Source: Candidatus Latescibacterota bacterium (GTDB lineage Bacteria > Latescibacterota > UBA2968 > GCA-2709665). From it: a stretch of DNA of 64,000 bases. Each line of letters opens with the position of its first letter. Position 1 is the first letter of the stretch. A program made the translations under genes and the position numbers. The notes beneath the pieces are model-generated. The model was not told the origin of the DNA. It made no database searches and saw nothing but the letters and a program-made list of their open reading frames with translations. The stretch lies in NCBI GenBank assembly GCA_965203805.1, contig OZ241917.1, positions 192,001 through 256,000 of the forward strand, in the 5' to 3' direction. Below are positions 48,892-58,936 of this stretch, piece after piece.

Positions 48892-50004
48892 ATGAAGAAG
48901 ATCAATAGGCCATCAATTCTTGCAATTGACGATAAACCTGATGAATTGATTCCTCAATTCGCTCTAGATCTGAATAGCCGCGTAGCGGCACGTGTAATTC
49001 ATCCTCAGGATGTAGATATATCGGACCTTGAAGATGCCGATCTGGTTCTGGTGGACTATCGCCTGGACAGTTGGCGGGAAAGGGACGTTCTCTCGACCGC
49101 TTCACTACAGCCAGCAACGGGAATGGCTCTAGCGACTATTCTGAGAGAGCTGGTAGATAAAAATGAAAGAGATAGATTGACGGCATTTGCGTTGCATACG
49201 GCTCATCTCGGCGATATTAGAGGCCGTTTTCCTTCAGGGACGGCTCAACACGTTCTTGCGCGTCTGAACAACCTGGAGTGGATTTTTCCTAAGACAGAAC
49301 CTAATCGTCATTACCAGATGCTTCTTCTTGCGAAGGCCGTACAACGACTTCCTGACCGATGGCCGGATAACTCGACTTCAACGGCAAGGCAGCTTCTCGA
49401 TATGGATGAGGACGACGATTCGTTTCAGAGTTGCTGGCACGATGTTCGAGACTGCCGGGTGCCAATTAATGAGTTGACGACAGGTGGACACGGCATCCTT
49501 TTCATACGATGGTTGCTTCATCAAGTATTGCCGTATCCCACCTTTTTGTGGGCAGAGCATTGGGTTGCGGCGCGCCTTGCAATTTCGGTTGGTGTCCTTC
49601 GCGATATACTGGCGGGAGATAGTCTTTTGGCTAAAGACTTGAAAGCCATGCGCTATTCTGGGATTCTGGCGGGATTTCTCGGAGTTAGGTGGTGGCGAGG
49701 TGCTCTCGAGGACTACGTTTGGAAATTATCAGGAGGATCCACGGCTGATGCACAACTATTGCGGAACGCCCTAGTCAAGCGTGCAGGGGTGGATTTGGAT
49801 CAAATTGACGCGCATCCTGCAGTCGTTTGTATGGACAGGGATTTACAGCCCACCGGCAAGTTTTTAACGCCAATGACCGCGATTGCTATCCACCCGGACC
49901 ACTGGCCCCCATTTGCTGACGCAGCCTGGATAGACATCGAAACCGTGAGACATGACACTACTTTGCTGTCCATGGTGGATCCTCTTGACCCTCGCCTTGA
50001 ATGA
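48892..50004 (+). CDS. Response-regulator receiver domain + uncharacterised C-terminal domain
   Basis: 'ILAIDD', phospho-acceptor 'DLVLVDYRL', 'TGMAL', 'LHTAH', 'IFPK'; no HTH output domain recognised. Confidence 0.78.
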   Translation: MKKINRPSILAIDDKPDELIPQFALDLNSRVAARVIHPQDVDISDLEDADLVLVDYRLDSWRERDVLSTASLQPATGMALATILRELVDKNERDRLTAFALHTAHLGDIRGRFPSGTAQHVLARLNNLEWIFPKTEPNRHYQMLLLAKAVQRLPDRWPDNSTSTARQLLDMDEDDDSFQSCWHDVRDCRVPINELTTGGHGILFIRWLLHQVLPYPTFLWAEHWVAARLAISVGVLRDILAGDSLLAKDLKAMRYSGILAGFLGVRWWRGALEDYVWKLSGGSTADAQLLRNALVKRAGVDLDQIDAHPAVVCMDRDLQPTGKFLTPMTAIAIHPDHWPPFADAAWIDIETVRHDTTLLSMVDPLDPRLE

Positions 50005-50741
50005 AGATGAACAGGAAAATAATAATGGCTGGATTACGGTTTAAGGTGATTGAACTTGTACAGGAAACCAAAGCAATGATAACCATGGGAACAGGTTTCT
50101 TTGATTCGCGAACATCGTGGGCATTGGACCAGTTCCTGCGCGATCTCCAAAGGATTGGTAGTAGGGTACATACAGGAAGTTCTCGGTTGGTGCTACAATG
50201 CCTTCACACTAAACCGAGCGACAAATACGAGGCTGGTCGACGTCGAGGTGGTAAACGGATACACGCGGTAATTGCAGGCACTTGGGATCTGCGACCGTTA
50301 GAGAAGCGCGAGATAGAATTCTGCGGGATCGCTTCTACTAAGGTCGAATTGTACGCTTCGGACGATCCGAACGAACGCTTGGCAATGTGGCGTTTGGAAC
50401 TGGGTGCTGAGGACAGCCCGGGCTGCTACGTACACGCTCAGATACTGGGGGACACCGAAAAACCGCCATTCCCCAAATCACTACCGATTCCCAGATTACC
50501 TAGCCTCTTCGTCACTCCAATGAGCGCTGTAGAGTTCGTACTCTGCGAACTTTTCCAGGACGATTGGGCTAAGGCGATCGCTAAAAAGAGTCACGCGGCC
50601 GACGATTGGCGTGCGCTGCAAAAAAAGTGGCTCCATAAGCTGTTTTCATGGTACAGAGAACAAATAGAAAAAGCGGGTTCCTCTTCTTGGGTGACATTAA
50701 AGGAGGCGAAGCCAAAACACAATATGTTTCTTCCACGTTGA
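50001..50741 (+). CDS. Hypothetical protein, last gene of the MTase-HK-REC operon
   Basis: ATGA overlap with the REC gene; 'WRLELG...PGCYVHAQI...IPRLPSLFVTP..AVEFVLCELF' loosely resembles DUF2290-like proteins. Confidence 0.65.
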   Translation: MKMNRKIIMAGLRFKVIELVQETKAMITMGTGFFDSRTSWALDQFLRDLQRIGSRVHTGSSRLVLQCLHTKPSDKYEAGRRRGGKRIHAVIAGTWDLRPLEKREIEFCGIASTKVELYASDDPNERLAMWRLELGAEDSPGCYVHAQILGDTEKPPFPKSLPIPRLPSLFVTPMSAVEFVLCELFQDDWAKAIAKKSHAADDWRALQKKWLHKLFSWYREQIEKAGSSSWVTLKEAKPKHNMFLPR

Positions 50742-50881
50742 ATTCCCAAGGTTGGCATGTCACGTTTGCCGCAGACAACTCCGTTCCAAGGAGTTGAGCA
50801 CCCAGATAGATATCGCTTGCGGACCCGATTTTTTAAGTCTCCTTTGCCGCACAGTGAAATTAGAGACTTCATCGTTAGTCA

Positions 50882-51106
50882 ATGAACAATAAGATAATCA
50901 GCAGGAATCCCGGCATCCTCTGCGAAACCCCCGTGTTCTCTGGGACCAGGGTGTCGATACGTATTCTGTTCGAATACTTGGAAGCAGGGGACCGTCTCGA
51001 AGACTTCCCTGACAGCTACCCCACGGCGTCACGCGATCAGGCGATTGAAGTACTCAAAACCGCGAAGATGACGCTGACCGGGAAATCGGATGAAGCTGTT
51101 GTTTGA
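50882..51106 (+). CDS. DUF433 antitoxin
   Basis: 'IISRNPGILCETPVFSGTRVSI..LFEYLEAG..LEDF...YP'. Confidence 0.88.
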   Translation: MNNKIISRNPGILCETPVFSGTRVSIRILFEYLEAGDRLEDFPDSYPTASRDQAIEVLKTAKMTLTGKSDEAVV

Positions 51107-51215
51107 CAAGTCCCTGCCGATACCGCTCGAAGCTTACTTCCCGGGATCATTTGATATACTTACGGTTTAGCGCATGGACTGGACGAGGTAATCAAACGGT
51201 GAGCTACTGTACCTG
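51090..51215 (+). pseudogene. DUF5615 PIN-like toxin pseudogene
   Basis: MKLLFDKSLPIPLEAYFPGSFDILTV*RMDWTR*SNGELL: two in-frame stops, then loss of frame; overlaps the DUF433 stop as expected for this TA pair. Confidence 0.8.
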
Positions 51216-51265
51216 CCGCTTCCACGCACCGGTACGGCCGGACACAACCGCCGGGAATCTCGGAT

Positions 51266-54200
51266 GTGAAACTTCCCGAGGGCCGGGTGCCAGGTCGCCT
51301 GTTCTGCTGTGTAGTGTGGAATGCAGGTTTATTCAATACTCCAATTATCCATCCAGGAGGTATTATTACACTCTGTAATGAAGAGAATACCATTGCTGTT
51401 CTCCTGGCTACGTCCAACCGGACATATCTGCTGAAGAACCGGGCGCTTCCATCGATCGAGCAGCAGTCCCGTCCCCCGGCCCGGGTGATCATCGTCGATG
51501 ACTCGGGCGATGAGGCTGCCGCCGAACGAACCGGGCTGATAGTCCGGCAATGGCAACGGGCCCGAATGGATGTGGATTTTCTACACAACCGGCGCACGAA
51601 GGGGGCCGCAGGTGCGTGGAACTCAGGTTTAGATCACCTGCTGCGAACATGCTGTGACCCAAGACAACAGTACGTCGCAATCTTGGACGACGATGATCAG
51701 TGGCATCCCCACCATCTGCGCACATGTCTGGCGACCGCCGAGAAAAAAAGCCTTGACATGGTCGCGGCTCCGTTTCTTCGGGTGGAAGAGAACGCCAAGA
51801 CCCTCTTGACGTCTCCGCCAGCATCACTCGATGCGGCGAACTTCTTGGTCGGTAATCCCGGTATCCAAGGCAGTAATCTGGTTTGTCGCCTGAGCGTGTT
51901 ACTTGAAGCAGGTCTGTTCGATGAATCGCTGCCGAGTTGTACCGATCGCGATCTATGCATCCGCATCGCGGAGTTGCCCGGCGTTCGGTACGGTTCCACC
52001 ACGGAACCGACTGTCCATCACTTTGCTTGCGAGTCAAGACCTCGATTGTCAACACCCGGGTCGCACGACAAGGTCAGGGGGCTGGATCGATTCTTCCGCA
52101 AGTACAAGGGGCGTATGTCCGATGTCGAGAAAGTAGCGTTTTGCGCCCGCGCCGAGAGACTTTTCGGATGGAAGGAATCGCCGCAATCACCCGAAGCTGA
52201 AGGTCGTCTGCACGGCGGCCGACTGTCATCAGCCTCTCCAACACTGGCGCCACGTCAGGCACCGCCCCACTTGGTCGTCGGGGTGGTTGCCGACAATGCC
52301 AGGCACAAGGAGGTGGGAAATCTTCTCGACGATCTTCACGGGTTGGCCGATGCGACTGACTTATCGGGCTACGACGTCTTAGTCTTGGAGAACGGCGACG
52401 ATGGGACGCCCAGCGACGAACTACGTACACTAATCGAGCGCGAGCGTAGTAACGGTCTGAGTATCCATTTTATGGACCGTGCGCGGCATTTGCAAGATGC
52501 CACGAGCGGACGGGTTCTCGACGGTGGCGTGAGTAAGGAAGTTAGGTTGTCAATCGCCCATGCGCGGACGGTATTGCAGACGTACCTGTACGCATTCGCT
52601 AAAAGACGGCCAGGTGCGGTGGTTTGGATCATCGATGACGACATGCGGCTCGACCCGTTGTTCATTGAGAAAAATGGAAGCCTACAACGGCGAGCAAATA
52701 AGATTGCACCGATACTCCGAGAGCTTCGCCGACTCCGTGCCGGTGGGATCGTCGATATCGCAATCGGGACGTACACTGGAGCGGCGCCTTTGCCGTCTTT
52801 CGCAACCGTACGTGTTCAGGTCGTCGATTTGATCGCGTCGCTATGGTGGCTGGCGTCCCAGAAATCTACAGACTGCCTTCCGGATCGAGGGATGGAGAAC
52901 GCCACGTGGCGGTCCGGCCGGCGCGACTACTATTACGATCTGTCGCGCAAAGAGACAGATCGATTGGAAGCCCCGTTCTGGATCACGCCCGCGTTTCCCG
53001 GTGAAAAGGTCGGTTCAGCGTTCGTGCGCGTAGCTGGCATTGCGGAGCGGATCCTCGCTGGCGAGCAGGTCTTCCGGCCTCTTGCATTGGAGGCCAATCT
53101 CAATCCTCTCGATTTGATCGGTGAAGGGCTTCAGCGAGGCGGCAATACCTTTGTGCTCGATGTCGAATCTCTGAAGCTGGCCCCTAATCCATCACCGATC
53201 ATCGACGGGCGACCGAGCCGCCGTGCTGACATGATTTGGGCGTTGCTGCAGAAACGCTACTTCAGCCGTCAGATCGTCACCTTGCCGTTCGGCCTGTTTC
53301 ACGACAGATCACATGTCGCCGCCGCCGAATTGGATGTCGCCGACATCGTCGACGATATACGTGGATACGCGATGTTCTCAGCGCTTGAGGACATTCCTGG
53401 GGTATTCAAGATCACCACGGATGACCGGGGCATTCGTTTGTCCGAAGAAATGGTCGTTTGTTTCGCTCAGCGCGTCCACAAATACCTCGAAGAACGGCGG
53501 GCCGCATTTCGCCTTTCATTCTACCGAATCCGCGGTCTGATCCGTGTCTTACGAAGGCTAATGGACGACCCAGAAAATTGGTGGCAGGGAGTTGAATATC
53601 GAACTGCGGTAAGACAACTTCGGACGTTTTCCGAACGCTTGGCCGATTTCTACAAGATGGAGACTCTGAATCGCATTGAACGCGGAACTGAGGAACTTGA
53701 TGCACGCCGCATCGCCGAGTTTCTTGAACATCTGCCAATCGAAATTGAGAGCCATAGAAGGCGGCTTTCGGATATCTCGGCTCTGGTTCACAGCCTTGAG
53801 GGCGACAGGATCGCGAACGCCAAGGCCATTGCCACGCGACTGGCAGTACCCATCGGTGTGCTTAAGGTATTGGGATGCGGCATGGAGGGAGTAGCCCTCA
53901 CCGATGGCACCAGGGTATTTAAAGTCTTCGATTACTGGTGGAAGCGTTCTCACAAACTCTCGGCCCCTGCGTTCCTGCGTTCGCTTGTCGGCGCCTGGAA
54001 GGACACGCACGCTCTCTATCCGCTTCATGATTTCGTCGAGTCGGGACATCAAAAGGTGCTGACGTACTCTTATGAAGTCAGCACACCTTACAAGGGCGGT
54101 CACGGGCCCTCCATGGTTAATCTGGTCGCCGAATGTCGCCGGCATGGTATCGTTTGTCGAAACATCGATCCAGACAACCTGCGTGTAGTTAATGGACGGA

Positions 54201-56647
54201 TTCGGCTGATCGACTACGGTTCGGACATCCACCCATTCGATGAAGATGAATTCCATACGATGTGCCAGCGCGCTTGGCTATCATATCGCTGGGCTGACCG
54301 TTCAAACTTAAAAAACATCATGCGCGAGGCGCTGACGGACGAGAAAATACCTGAACTCGATGGTTTTGAGCGGTTCTACGAGGCAATTCGAAAGGTTACA
54401 GGTCAGCATGAAACGCCGAAGGATGTTGTGCTGAATTTTGTTGAGAAAGCCGAGCGAATTCTCGACTACGGGTGTGGCAAGGGATGGCTTGCCCGAGAAA
54501 TTTCGGACATGGGCAGGGATGTCTTTGGTTACGATCCTGGAGAAGCATACAAGTCGCGTTGGGAGTCACTCTGTCGGAAACGTGAAAACCTACGATTTGC
54601 GGATGATCTGAGTGACGCGTTGGCGGCGGGTCCATTTGATCTTGTTGTTTGCCGTCGTGTGCTTTGCACGATTGAAGACAACGAAGAATTTAGGACGATT
54701 CTCAGCGATTTGCGAAATCTGGTCAGCGAGAGTGGTCGGGTATTGGTTACCGTTTGTGACCCAAATTTCACGTTCGGTGGTTCGACACCTGAGGCTGACC
54801 GTGAACTGCCCCCTGATGCCCGTTACGAGAGTGTCTTCAGGTGGCTCAAGAGGGTGCGCGAAACCGGCAGGGTGCGCCTCGAGGTGCACCGACCCGAGCG
54901 GATGCTTCGGCGAGAATTTGCTCTGGCAGGTCTGGCGGTGTGTCGCCGTGTCGAAGTACCTACAATTGATCTTGAGCGATTCGAACCATCGTCGGACCAG
55001 TTAGTCTTTGAACTCAGCCCAATAGCGCCACTGCCCGGCGAGGTCACGCTAATGATCAAGGCATGTGGCATGGAAGCTGCTACTTTGGATGTGCAGGTTC
55101 GCCACCTTGTTTCACAACTGGAGACCTCGAGGGCTTTTACCGAGCGAATTCTGGTAATCGACTCCCGTGAAGATGAATTCCTTAGGCAACACACCATTGG
55201 GAACTTGGCCGATTTGTATAATGCGGCGCGTCGTTTGGAGCAAGCAGGATGGATCGACCGGATTGTTGACGGGCCGAATGACGTCGACGACACGGTATTG
55301 CTAAACAAGCGGTGGTTCGGAATTCCCTGTCGTACGGCTCACGCTTACAGCGGCGCTCAGATCGCCTCTACGCTGAACGGATTCGATGCATGTTCCACCC
55401 GGTACGTCCTCCAATTGGACGTTGACGTCATGGTTGGCCGACTGGACCGTAGTCATGATTATCTAGCGGAAATGCTTTCAGTGTTGCAGCGCGATCCGGA
55501 AGCGGTCACGGTATCTTTCAATGTAGCGATGGACCATGATCGGCCCTATACGGAAGCGGGAGAGACGGGGGCGTGGCGTGTGGAGGTGCGCGCAGGATTG
55601 ATAGATCTCCAACGTCTTTTCGACGCTCGGCCGCTACCGAACCGGCTCCGCGGAGAACGTCTGGAATTTCACTGGTACCGAGCCCTAGATCGGCAGATCG
55701 CGCAGGGTAGGGGTCGTTCATATCGCGGCGGCGACCGTCGAACCTACTTCGTGCACCCGCCCAATGTTCGCAAGCGCAATATTACTGAGTGGTTCGCAAT
55801 ACTCGACCGCATTGAACACGGTGTGGTCCCGTGCGTTCAATTTGGAAACGTGGATTGGGTCGGCGACAAGGTGAGCTGGATGGGACCGCAGCGGTTAGAA
55901 CAGTTCGTCTTTGTGGTATCGGGTCGTAACGTGCAGCCGGGGCGGTTTCGTCGTTGCATCGAGTCATTGGCTAGACAGAAAGGGGCACAATGGGGCGCCG
56001 TGGTTATTGATGACGGATCGGACCCGATGTTTGCCGAACACTTTGAGATCGCTTGCCGGCCGCTCGTAGAGCGTTGCACGGTCATTCGTAACCGCCGTCG
56101 TTGTGGATTGCTCGTCAACATGGTAACTGCAATTAGGCAGTTATGTGCCGATCCCGAATCGGTCATTGTAACTCTCGATTCTGACGATGCCCTGATCGGC
56201 GATCGCGTTCTGGAAAGACTTGCAGCAGAGTACGATCGGGGAGCCGACGTGACAGTTGGTACAATGCTGCGGATCGACAAGGACGCCAATTATCCGGTTT
56301 GTTTCGATCAGCCGCGGCGACACCGTGGAGGAAACGTTTGGCAGCACCTTCGGTCGTTCAAAAAACGGCTTTTCGATGCCATTCCTGACGATGCACTTCG
56401 GCTCGATGGAGACTATATCGACCTCGCCAATGACTGGGCGTACATGCTGCCGATTGTGGAGATGGCAGACATGCCCGTACATATTGCTGAACCACTTTAT
56501 CTTTACGAACCTTCAAGGATTTGGAAAGGAGCTGATCGAGCACTTCGCGAGGAAGTCATCGCACGCATCGCCGCCAAGGACACGGTGTACCAAGACGAGA
56601 CGTGCAATGCGTACAGCGAAAAAATCGACGCAAGGGTCAGGCGATAA
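51266..56647 (+). CDS. Giant multidomain protein: GT2 + GT-A + kinase-like + SAM methyltransferase + GT-A + GT2 (start uncertain)
   Basis: Acidic GT motifs 'IIVDDS...AILDDDD', 'WIIDDDM', 'LQLDVDV', 'VIDDGS...TLDSDD'; kinase-like 'LGCGMEG...VFK', 'CRNIDPDN', 'LIDYG'; MTase 'ILDYGCGKG', 'FDLVV'. Confidence 0.82.
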   Translation: MKLPEGRVPGRLFCCVVWNAGLFNTPIIHPGGIITLCNEENTIAVLLATSNRTYLLKNRALPSIEQQSRPPARVIIVDDSGDEAAAERTGLIVRQWQRARMDVDFLHNRRTKGAAGAWNSGLDHLLRTCCDPRQQYVAILDDDDQWHPHHLRTCLATAEKKSLDMVAAPFLRVEENAKTLLTSPPASLDAANFLVGNPGIQGSNLVCRLSVLLEAGLFDESLPSCTDRDLCIRIAELPGVRYGSTTEPTVHHFACESRPRLSTPGSHDKVRGLDRFFRKYKGRMSDVEKVAFCARAERLFGWKESPQSPEAEGRLHGGRLSSASPTLAPRQAPPHLVVGVVADNARHKEVGNLLDDLHGLADATDLSGYDVLVLENGDDGTPSDELRTLIERERSNGLSIHFMDRARHLQDATSGRVLDGGVSKEVRLSIAHARTVLQTYLYAFAKRRPGAVVWIIDDDMRLDPLFIEKNGSLQRRANKIAPILRELRRLRAGGIVDIAIGTYTGAAPLPSFATVRVQVVDLIASLWWLASQKSTDCLPDRGMENATWRSGRRDYYYDLSRKETDRLEAPFWITPAFPGEKVGSAFVRVAGIAERILAGEQVFRPLALEANLNPLDLIGEGLQRGGNTFVLDVESLKLAPNPSPIIDGRPSRRADMIWALLQKRYFSRQIVTLPFGLFHDRSHVAAAELDVADIVDDIRGYAMFSALEDIPGVFKITTDDRGIRLSEEMVVCFAQRVHKYLEERRAAFRLSFYRIRGLIRVLRRLMDDPENWWQGVEYRTAVRQLRTFSERLADFYKMETLNRIERGTEELDARRIAEFLEHLPIEIESHRRRLSDISALVHSLEGDRIANAKAIATRLAVPIGVLKVLGCGMEGVALTDGTRVFKVFDYWWKRSHKLSAPAFLRSLVGAWKDTHALYPLHDFVESGHQKVLTYSYEVSTPYKGGHGPSMVNLVAECRRHGIVCRNIDPDNLRVVNGRIRLIDYGSDIHPFDEDEFHTMCQRAWLSYRWADRSNLKNIMREALTDEKIPELDGFERFYEAIRKVTGQHETPKDVVLNFVEKAERILDYGCGKGWLAREISDMGRDVFGYDPGEAYKSRWESLCRKRENLRFADDLSDALAAGPFDLVVCRRVLCTIEDNEEFRTILSDLRNLVSESGRVLVTVCDPNFTFGGSTPEADRELPPDARYESVFRWLKRVRETGRVRLEVHRPERMLRREFALAGLAVCRRVEVPTIDLERFEPSSDQLVFELSPIAPLPGEVTLMIKACGMEAATLDVQVRHLVSQLETSRAFTERILVIDSREDEFLRQHTIGNLADLYNAARRLEQAGWIDRIVDGPNDVDDTVLLNKRWFGIPCRTAHAYSGAQIASTLNGFDACSTRYVLQLDVDVMVGRLDRSHDYLAEMLSVLQRDPEAVTVSFNVAMDHDRPYTEAGETGAWRVEVRAGLIDLQRLFDARPLPNRLRGERLEFHWYRALDRQIAQGRGRSYRGGDRRTYFVHPPNVRKRNITEWFAILDRIEHGVVPCVQFGNVDWVGDKVSWMGPQRLEQFVFVVSGRNVQPGRFRRCIESLARQKGAQWGAVVIDDGSDPMFAEHFEIACRPLVERCTVIRNRRRCGLLVNMVTAIRQLCADPESVIVTLDSDDALIGDRVLERLAAEYDRGADVTVGTMLRIDKDANYPVCFDQPRRHRGGNVWQHLRSFKKRLFDAIPDDALRLDGDYIDLANDWAYMLPIVEMADMPVHIAEPLYLYEPSRIWKGADRALREEVIARIAAKDTVYQDETCNAYSEKIDARVRR

Positions 56648-56898
56648 GGATTATTTTCGTTGTAGCGGTTATTTTGCGGGAACCATGCCGCGAACTCTTC
56701 TGTTATGATTCAGACGAAAAATGGGCTTTTTCGGTTTATGTATAAGCCATAAGTTGGACTCAATAGATGGAGGAGTCCGTATCGAAGAAGCGGTAGCAGT
56801 AAAGCCTATTGCCGCAAGCTATCACGGGGTTTTTATAGTTGATATAATAATCCTGTGTAGGAGGAGCGAGATATTTCAATTATTCTACGTTCGAACAG

Positions 56899-57177
56899 AT
56901 GCTAATCAAACTTACTATCCGCATATCTAGACGCTTCCGAGAGGTTGAGATCGAATTGGGGAGTCCGGCGGGCTTCATCGGACCCAACAACTCGGGCAAG
57001 ACCTTGGCCATGCAGGGGCTGGCGTTATGGGACATTGGGCTGATGCGCTGGAATGAGAAGCGCTCCGGCAAGAGTTCACCCGAGAAACCCCCGGGAGTCA
57101 CGATATACCGGTGTGAACTCGTTCACTGCGTCCCCGAACCGAAATTCGGATTGAACTCGACGCAATTTCGGATGTAG
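56899..57177 (+). pseudogene. 5' stump of an ABC/AAA ATPase
   Basis: 'MLIKLTIR...F.EVEIELG...FIGPNNSGKT' then ends after 92 aa with no Walker B. Confidence 0.75.
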
Positions 57178-57208
57178 CCGATAGTGCGATTTCTGCAGGA
57201 GATTCAAC

Positions 57209-58936
57209 ATGAATCTTACAGCCTTCAGTATCGCTAACTTCAAGGCCTTCGCCGATGCTCAACGCATTCCGCTACGGCCCATCACATTGATCTACGGCGC
57301 TAACAGTGCCGGAAAATCGAGTGCGATTCATGCGCTCGCACTTGCGCATCACGCTATCGAGACCGGAGACCTCGACGTACAGCGGACCCGTATCGGTGGC
57401 GAGTCCATTGATCTTGGCGGTTTCCAACAGTACGTACATCGGCGTGAACACACCAGAGACGTCGAACTCGGTTTCGAATTGGATCCAACCGGCCTCGTCG
57501 ATCGCCTTCCGGATTCGCTGGACTCGACGTACAAGATCGAGGCGGAACTGACAATCGGAGAAGCGGATGGCGGCGTAAGAACTGCATCATCAGGTAGTCG
57601 TACTCGCGGCGTGTGCCTTCATCGCTTTGTGCTGAACATTGATGATGCAGAGTTGCTTTCCATGAGCGCCAGGCGTGGGGGGCTGATGGGCATGAATCGA
57701 ATTGACCACGAACATCCGGTCCTTCGGGATCTTTTTCGTCGCCAACTGTTGCAGGTTACGGAGAGTCGAGAAAATCTCGATACAGACGTCGCCAATCTCC
57801 ACCAAATGCTCAGGCTGCTGGTCCCCAATATCACGGCCACGTCCGGAGGAATATTCCCTCGAATAAGAAAGGAGTTTGCCGGTAATGATCTGTATGGGAG
57901 CAGGCGGGAGGACACCGTACGTGCAATCGTACCAATCGACGCGATAAACGATCTCATGGTGGGACTTGGCACGGCCCTTGAGGACGAATTAGATAGACTC
58001 CGCTACCTTGGCGCGTTAAGATCGTATCCTCCCAGACATCATGTCTTTTCACAGCACGATGATCCAAACAGGTACGCTGGTGGCGGCTATGCCTGGGACG
58101 TAGTTCGTGATAATCCGGAAGTGCGTAGACTCGTTAATGAATGGCTGGGTGACTCAGAACGGCTGAAGACACCTTACGAACTCCAGGTACGTGATTTGCT
58201 ATCGACAGACATGGTGTCCCGCGATGTGCGAGGAAAGATTCGCAAGGCGCTACACGATCTTCTAACGTCACTTCTCAGCCGAATGGACGCACAGGAACTC
58301 ATCAAATTGAAGGTCCTGGCTGATCGTCTTGCCGAGCGAATCGTAGAACTTGACCCGGAGGATGAGGAGGATTTGATCCCCGATATTGAGGAACTCGTAT
58401 CGTCGTTAAGCGACGAAGACCAGGTGTCCGAGCGGTGGGTTGAGGAGATGGTAGCGGCGCGGTCTGAAGCCCTAAAACAGCTCGTTCTCATCGACAAACG
58501 CACCGGCACCCCGATTAGTCACCGTGACGTGGGAATCGGTGTGAGCCAGGTGCTGCCGGTTCTGGTCTCGGCCTACGCATCGAAAAACAAACTACTGGCA
58601 ATCGAACAGCCGGAAATCCACCTCCATCCGGCGCTTCAGGCCGAGTTGGGCGATGTATTTCTGCAGTCGGCGTTGGGCGACAGCGACAATACATTCCTCA
58701 TTGAAACACACAGTGAACACTTGCTGCTGCGCATCATGCGACGCATGCGGGAGACGGACGCTGGCGAATTGGATGATTCATTGCCGGACGTGCATCCGGA
58801 CGACGTGATGGTACTATTCGTCGAGCCAGACGGACCACAAAGTATCGTCCGCCAGATGCCCCTCAACGAACGTGGAGAGTTGGTCAAGGCCTGGCCTGGT
58901 GGCTTTTTCGAGGAAGGAATAAGGGAAATCTTCTGA
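57209..58936 (+). CDS. ABC-type (AAA_21) ATPase with a DUF3696-like C-terminus
   Basis: 'NFKAF', 'GANSAGKSS', 'YLGALR', 'DVGIGVSQVLPV', 'IEQPEIHLHP', 'IETHSEH', C-terminal 'GEL..WPGGFFE'. Confidence 0.88.
   Translation: MNLTAFSIANFKAFADAQRIPLRPITLIYGANSAGKSSAIHALALAHHAIETGDLDVQRTRIGGESIDLGGFQQYVHRREHTRDVELGFELDPTGLVDRLPDSLDSTYKIEAELTIGEADGGVRTASSGSRTRGVCLHRFVLNIDDAELLSMSARRGGLMGMNRIDHEHPVLRDLFRRQLLQVTESRENLDTDVANLHQMLRLLVPNITATSGGIFPRIRKEFAGNDLYGSRREDTVRAIVPIDAINDLMVGLGTALEDELDRLRYLGALRSYPPRHHVFSQHDDPNRYAGGGYAWDVVRDNPEVRRLVNEWLGDSERLKTPYELQVRDLLSTDMVSRDVRGKIRKALHDLLTSLLSRMDAQELIKLKVLADRLAERIVELDPEDEEDLIPDIEELVSSLSDEDQVSERWVEEMVAARSEALKQLVLIDKRTGTPISHRDVGIGVSQVLPVLVSAYASKNKLLAIEQPEIHLHPALQAELGDVFLQSALGDSDNTFLIETHSEHLLLRIMRRMRETDAGELDDSLPDVHPDDVMVLFVEPDGPQSIVRQMPLNERGELVKAWPGGFFEEGIREIF

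Noticed and set aside
37381-51215. The two DUF5615 remnants as halves of one gene split by a circularly permuted insertion
   Set aside because: The remnants seem to overlap in the region they cover and are too decayed to link; independent copies are the simpler explanation.
51266-51400. Exact start of the giant GT gene; out-of-frame ATG at 51378 downstream of GGAGG as evidence of a frameshift
   Set aside because: Cannot be resolved by eye: the frame is open from the GTG at 51266 and the ATG is too far from the GGAGG. Left as start uncertain.
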